From the human T2T-CHM13v2.0 reference genome, Homo sapiens, in NCBI RefSeq assembly GCF_009914755.1, contig NC_060941.1: a stretch of DNA of 64,000 bases. One strand, given 5' to 3'. Of this stretch, positions 56,823 through 64,000 are shown piece after piece. The notes beneath the pieces are model-generated. The model worked only from the letters and a program-made list of their open reading frames with translations, did not search any database and was not told the DNA's origin. The number at the start of each line of letters is the position of its first letter. Positions within the stretch are counted from its first letter, which is position 1. The position numbers were made by a program, and so were the translations under genes.

Positions 56823-57879
56823 AGGAAGAGATTTTGAGACACCTCACAGCAGAGGCAACAAGAAAACATTCTCAGGAATCACTGAGGTGCTCTCACTCAA
56901 AAAGGTAGCAACAGGAGCTTTAGCCACTTGAAGAGAAAGATGTGTGTGACCAGCCTTCTGGGAATTGAGGATTTGAAAAAGAAGGCATTGGCCCCTTCAG
57001 AATAAGGAAGCTCCTGGGGTTCCTGGGCTTCCTGCCCTCAAGCCATAGAGATATTTGAGCAATTCACTGGAAAATAAGAGTTGCCAACATATTTGTATAT
57101 TGCTCAAATCTGTAGAGAATTTCAAGCTGGGCCCAGGAATATGGAAAATTCAAGGAGCTGAAAGATCAGCAGGGTTGAAGAGCTCAAAGTGGAGCTGCCG
57201 AGGGGTCTGGGGCTCCTCATGAGGGGCCTGGTTAGGGTTTTTAACCTAAGTGCCTGCGAAACCCCTGAAGGCTTGTTAGCAAGGGAGCAACTTGGTCGTT
57301 GTGCAGCAGGAAGGGGTAGGAGGGAAGGGGTCGAAGCAGAGGTCCACCTCTAGGGTAAAGTGCAGACACCAGAGAATGCAGCACCTGACCTTGACTACCT
57401 TTCCAGCCGGATTCCAGACCCTCCCGCTCCCCCAATGTCACCCTGTCTATCCTAGACAGCTTGTATCCCTTGACACACTGGCCCTTTTGATGCCACCCTT
57501 GGCTACGGGACACATTTCTCCTGCCATCCTGGAAGACAGCCCCTCCAGGAAGCATTGATACCCACCTTTCCCTCTGGGACCATGGCATCAGGGACAGGCC
57601 TTGGCCACAGCCCTTGCCAGTCCTGCCAGGTGAGCGTTCAAGGGCAGGCTGGAACATTCACCTTGGCATCCCGTAGCTGCTATACCTCCACCCCTGGGGG
57701 TCAGTAAACATGGCCAGATGACTGGACAAACAAGTGAATGAGTGGCATGTTAGGAGGACGTGAGGAAGGTAGCCACTCGGAGCCCAGTGACGATGGGATT
57801 AGAGATGTGTAGTCCCTAACAACTATTTGTGAGTCACGTCTGTGTACCAGGCACCAAGCTGATCACCTATATTTAGCTG

Positions 57880-59368
57880 GTGAAAATATGCCACCTTTCA
57901 CCAAAGACTCCCACGTTTTCATCCAGTGCAGGCCACTGCCCCCAACTCAAGTTCCCTGTGCAGTTCCCTGTCACATCTTCCAGGAGCCTGGCTGGCAGCA
58001 AAGATCTACTGCTGATCTCTGCTCCCCAGCCTGCTCCACCTCAGGAAACAGCAGCTCCATCCCATGGTTGTTCAGGCCCCAAACCTTGCAATTTCCCTTA
58101 ACTCTTCATTCCTGTCTTATGTCAGCCAATTCCATTGGCTCTACCATCTAACACATTCAGAATCCCATCACTTCTAATCATCATCTCACACCAGTATTAC
58201 TGTGATAACCTCCTCACTGGGTTTTCTTTCTTCTTTTTTCTTTTTAGAGACAGGGTCTTACTCTGTCGCCCAGGCTAGAATGCAGTGACACCGTCCTGGT
58301 TCATCACAGCCTCGAACTCCTAGGCGTAAGCAATCTTCCTGCCTCAGCCTCGTACAGTGCTGGGATTGCAGGTGCATGCCACTATGCCAGGCCATCGCTG
58401 GGTTTTCTGCATTGTCCTTGGCCTGCCCCCAGTCAGGCCACTCTGAACACAGTAGACTGAGTGATCTCTTTCCAATAAGAGTGGGACCACACCACTCCTC
58501 TGCTTGAATCTCCAAAAAGGTTGAAGCCAGAGTTGCTCTGGTTCTACATGGCCCTGTGTTATCTGGGTCCCCAGTATGTCGGTAACTTCCTCTCCAGGTA
58601 CTCTCTTCTTTGACCACTCTGCTCCGGGCCCATTAGCCACCTTGCTATTCCTCAAACACATCAGACACCCTCTGTCCCAGGACTTCTGGGTTTGCTGTTC
58701 CATGAGCCTTGACAGTTCTTCCCTTGTATAATCCTCACCCCCTACTCCCTCATCTCCTTCAAGTCTTTGTTCAATGTCACCTTCTAAATGAGACTTTTCT
58801 GTTGTTTTGTCTTCTCTTTTCTTTTTTTTTTTTTTGAGACAGGGTTTTTCTCTGTCACCAAAACTGGAGTACAGTGGCATGCTCATGGCTCACTGCAGCC
58901 TCGACCTCCTGGGCTCAAGTGATCCTCCCACCTCAGCCTCCCAAGTAGTTGGGACTACAGGTGTGCACCACCACGCCTGGCTAACTTTTGTATTTTTTGT
59001 AAAGACAAGATTCAACCGTGTTGCCCAGGCTGGTCTCGAATTCCTGGGCTCAAGCAACTGGCCCACCTTGGCCTCCCAAGGTGCTAGGATTACAGATGTG
59101 ACCCACCGAGCCCAGCCAAGACTTTTCTTGATCACTCTATTTAACATTGCTAATTCCCAGCCTCCTCTCTCCCCATCTCCCTTCCACAGTCTTGTCCTCA
59201 TCTGACCAGGTTATATGTTTAATTATCTTGTTTATGGCCTGCCTCCCTACTACTCTAGACTGGCCGCTCCCCAAGGGGAAGGAATCTATCTTGTTCACTG
59301 CTGTGTCCTCAGTATTTACAATAGGGCCTGGCACAAGGTAGTCATTCGAGAAATATTTGTTGCATGAA
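57880..59368 (+). mobile_element. L2 LINE 3' portion interrupted by an Alu monomer (~58222-58392, minus) and an AluJ (~58806-59117, minus)
   Basis: Ends GGCCTGGCACAAGGTAG...AAATATTTGTTGCATGAA, the L2 3' terminus; Alu consensus inserts. Confidence 0.75.
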
Positions 59369-60135
59369 AGCAGGACCAAGCTTGAGAGGCTGGTCCCCAG
59401 TTCACACATGGCAAGGCTAGAGTGACAGTGCTGAGATGCCAGCCCAGGGATGCCTGAGTCCCAGCTGCTCTCCTTGCCACTCCTGAAAATGGTTTAAGAG
59501 GGCATGGCTACAGTAAAGTAAGTGTTAGTGGTATGGACAGAGGGCTAAATACAGACCAGTTTGGAAGAAGTACAAATAGAGTGCAGCTGTAAAACAAAAG
59601 AGGATTCAGGAAATAACAACAGGAACGGATCCAGCAGTGCAGGAATGCAGGAGGGGCAACGTGTTCTAAGTCCACTCATGCCGCTTTCCCACTCCCGGCC
59701 GTGTCTGCCCCATGCCCTGGACCTCCCTCCATGGACACGGTGGTGCTCTCTGACTCCTGGCAAACCAGGGCAGAGACAGGCTGTGAAGGAGAGGCAGAGG
59801 CCAGGGAGGAGGGGAGGGACGAGGTGACACTTGGGCTGCAGAGACTAATGGCCACTGGGAACCAAGTAATCAAGCAGCTTCATTTCCACTTGTGATTAAA
59901 AGCAGGTGATTAAAGGAGGTCATCCCTGTTCTACCTCCAAGCACTGCCATTGGGCAAGTGGGGGAGGGATGAAGACAAAAAGGACAGATAATTCAGAGTG
60001 TCAGCTTATTCGATGCCAAACCAAACATACTAGGAACAAAACAAAAAATAAAACCTGCCACCCTTAGGCCCTGACAAGCTTTGAGTGGCCCCTAAAAGCT
60101 CAGAGAGGCTTCCCAGGAGAGGGGGGCACACGTAC

Positions 60136-60220
60136 CCTTCCTCCGTCTCATTGATGATGTCACAGATCTCCATATTCAACGTCCAATCCTCACTTTGCAG
60201 GGAGCCATCTGTTGCCTTTT
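60136..60220 (-). CDS. TOM1L2: TOM1L2 exon 2 (85 nt, [27 protein letters not shown]; VHS N-terminus)
   Basis: cacAG acceptor, GTACGT donor, phase 1-2; VHS motif [14 protein letters not shown]. Confidence 0.98.
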
Positions 60221-60509
60221 CTGTGAAATCAGAGAGAAAATGGGTTTACATTTCTCCTGGAATAAGTGGGCCTTGGCAGGAAATGGGAAGAGACCAGAAC
60301 CACCACATTCTTCTCCCAAGCAGATGGGCTGAGCCAACAGAGCCATTCTAGGAGTGCTATTATCACAAGAGAACACCCGGGAAAGGTCCTGGCCTGAGGG
60401 CTGATGTTATAACGAGGTTCTTCATTCACCAAACTCTAGACTGAAAAGCTTATGACAGGCCTAAGCCATCAAAAATCACCCCAAACATGAGGATATTAGG
60501 TTTATGAAC

Positions 60510-60740
60510 CCGTAGAGTCTGGAGCCAAACTACCTAGGTTCAAATACAGGCTCCACTACTTACTAGTTGTGTGGTCTTGGGTAAATTACTTAACTTCTAG
60601 GTGCCAAAGCTAGTGAAAACAACAGTACTTACCTGATATATTTGTTATGAAAATTAAATGGGTTGATATACATGAAACACTTAGAACAGAGCCTAGCACA
60701 CAGTCAGTACTATACAGGTATTTGCTATTGGGATTATTAA
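60510..60740. mobile_element. MIR
   Basis: GGTTCAAATACAGGCTCCACTACTTACTAGTTGTGTGGTCTTGGGTAAATTACTTAAC MIR core; similar MIR fragments near 1230-1410, 47200-47340, 50420-50610, 55530-55680. Confidence 0.8.
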
Positions 60741-60884
60741 AAATCAATTGCAGTAGTTAAAAACTACATTTCAGATAAGGGGGAGAAAGAAAGGACCATT
60801 GGTTATCAAGCCACTGTAGGTGTGGTGTTGGGTGTTTCATGTACATTATTTTATCTCATCCACAAAATGACTTTCTGACCACTC

Positions 60885-62780
<1,896 letters not shown>

Positions 62781-63094
62781 ACCACCAAAAAAGACAGAAA
62801 AATTATACATAGGTCAATGGACTGCTGGGTCAGGGAGTAGCAGGGTGGGGATCAGAGATCATTTGGGTCTGTAGCCTCCTTTGACGGGAAACCCGGGGCC
62901 CGCAGAAGAAAAGGGAAAGGTCCAGGAGCTCAGGATTGTCAGTGGCAGAGCCAGGACTACAGCCAGGGTCACTTGACTCCCTTCCCCCTCTGGGATGTGA
63001 GCTCTGTGAGGGCAGGGACTAGGTCTGTCTTGCCTTCCACTGGGTCCCCAGTGCCCAGCACTTGGCAGTAGTGCAATGCATTTACATCAGATGA

Positions 63095-63567
<473 letters not shown>

Positions 63568-64000
63568 TGATGGTTGGGGAGGTAGATCATTTGGCTGTTT
63601 TCTTCTCCATTCTCACCAAAAGGATGTTGCTGAATGCAAAATGCTAAAACCAGTCCTCTTTTGCCTTCTGGTGTTGGCTGCTTCTGAAGTCACTATATTT
63701 AACATCAAAGTGTAGAAAGCGGCAGCCAAAAAGCCAAGCCGCTGGATTGCGAGGCTCCTCCAAACAGGGCTGCCTTAGGTTTCAGAGAACATAGGAGGGT
63801 GGGTGGGCAGAAAAACCATGCTCAGAGCCAGCACTATCACTGCTGTCAGCGTCAAGGCTTCAGGGCATCCTGGCCTGGGTCCTACCCCAGGCGAGAGAAA
63901 ATGCCATGGCAACGGCATCAGGATGCTATGCTGCTCTTGCACTGAAGATTTAATGGGAGCCGTATCTGATTACCCGAGCTCAGGCCTGCCCTGCCCTGTC

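Overview
Human (primate) genomic DNA, Alu-dense and with no CpG island. It carries coding exons 2-15 of TOM1L2 (TOM1-like 2, a VHS-GAT endosomal/autophagy adaptor at 17p11.2) on the minus strand. The start of the 3' UTR is at the left edge and exon 1 lies beyond the right edge. All 14 exons were placed by hand with GT-AG boundaries and consistent phases. They sum to 1472 nt, which with a 52-nt coding exon 1 gives the known 507-aa protein. The rest is intronic: about 30 Alus, an L1M 3' end, L2/MIR/MLT/MER5/MADE2 fragments and microsatellites. The most interesting region is the 10.5-kb intron 12, just upstream of exon 13, which encodes the myosin VI-binding IEVWL motif. It holds (i) an in-frame 87-nt cassette encoding a second IxxWL motif (IDSWL), (ii) a strong acceptor followed by only GCAG and then GTAAGG (4-nt microexon or recursive-splice site), (iii) a stop-containing cryptic exon behind a CTAAC/CTGAC cluster, and (iv) a 219-nt AG-exclusion zone with YCAY and YGCY clusters before exon 13. 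Together these suggest a splicing switch that sets 0, 1 or 2 myosin VI-binding motifs. That functional reading is inference and has not been checked against RNA-seq or annotation. Repeat subfamilies and repeat ends are by-eye estimates.
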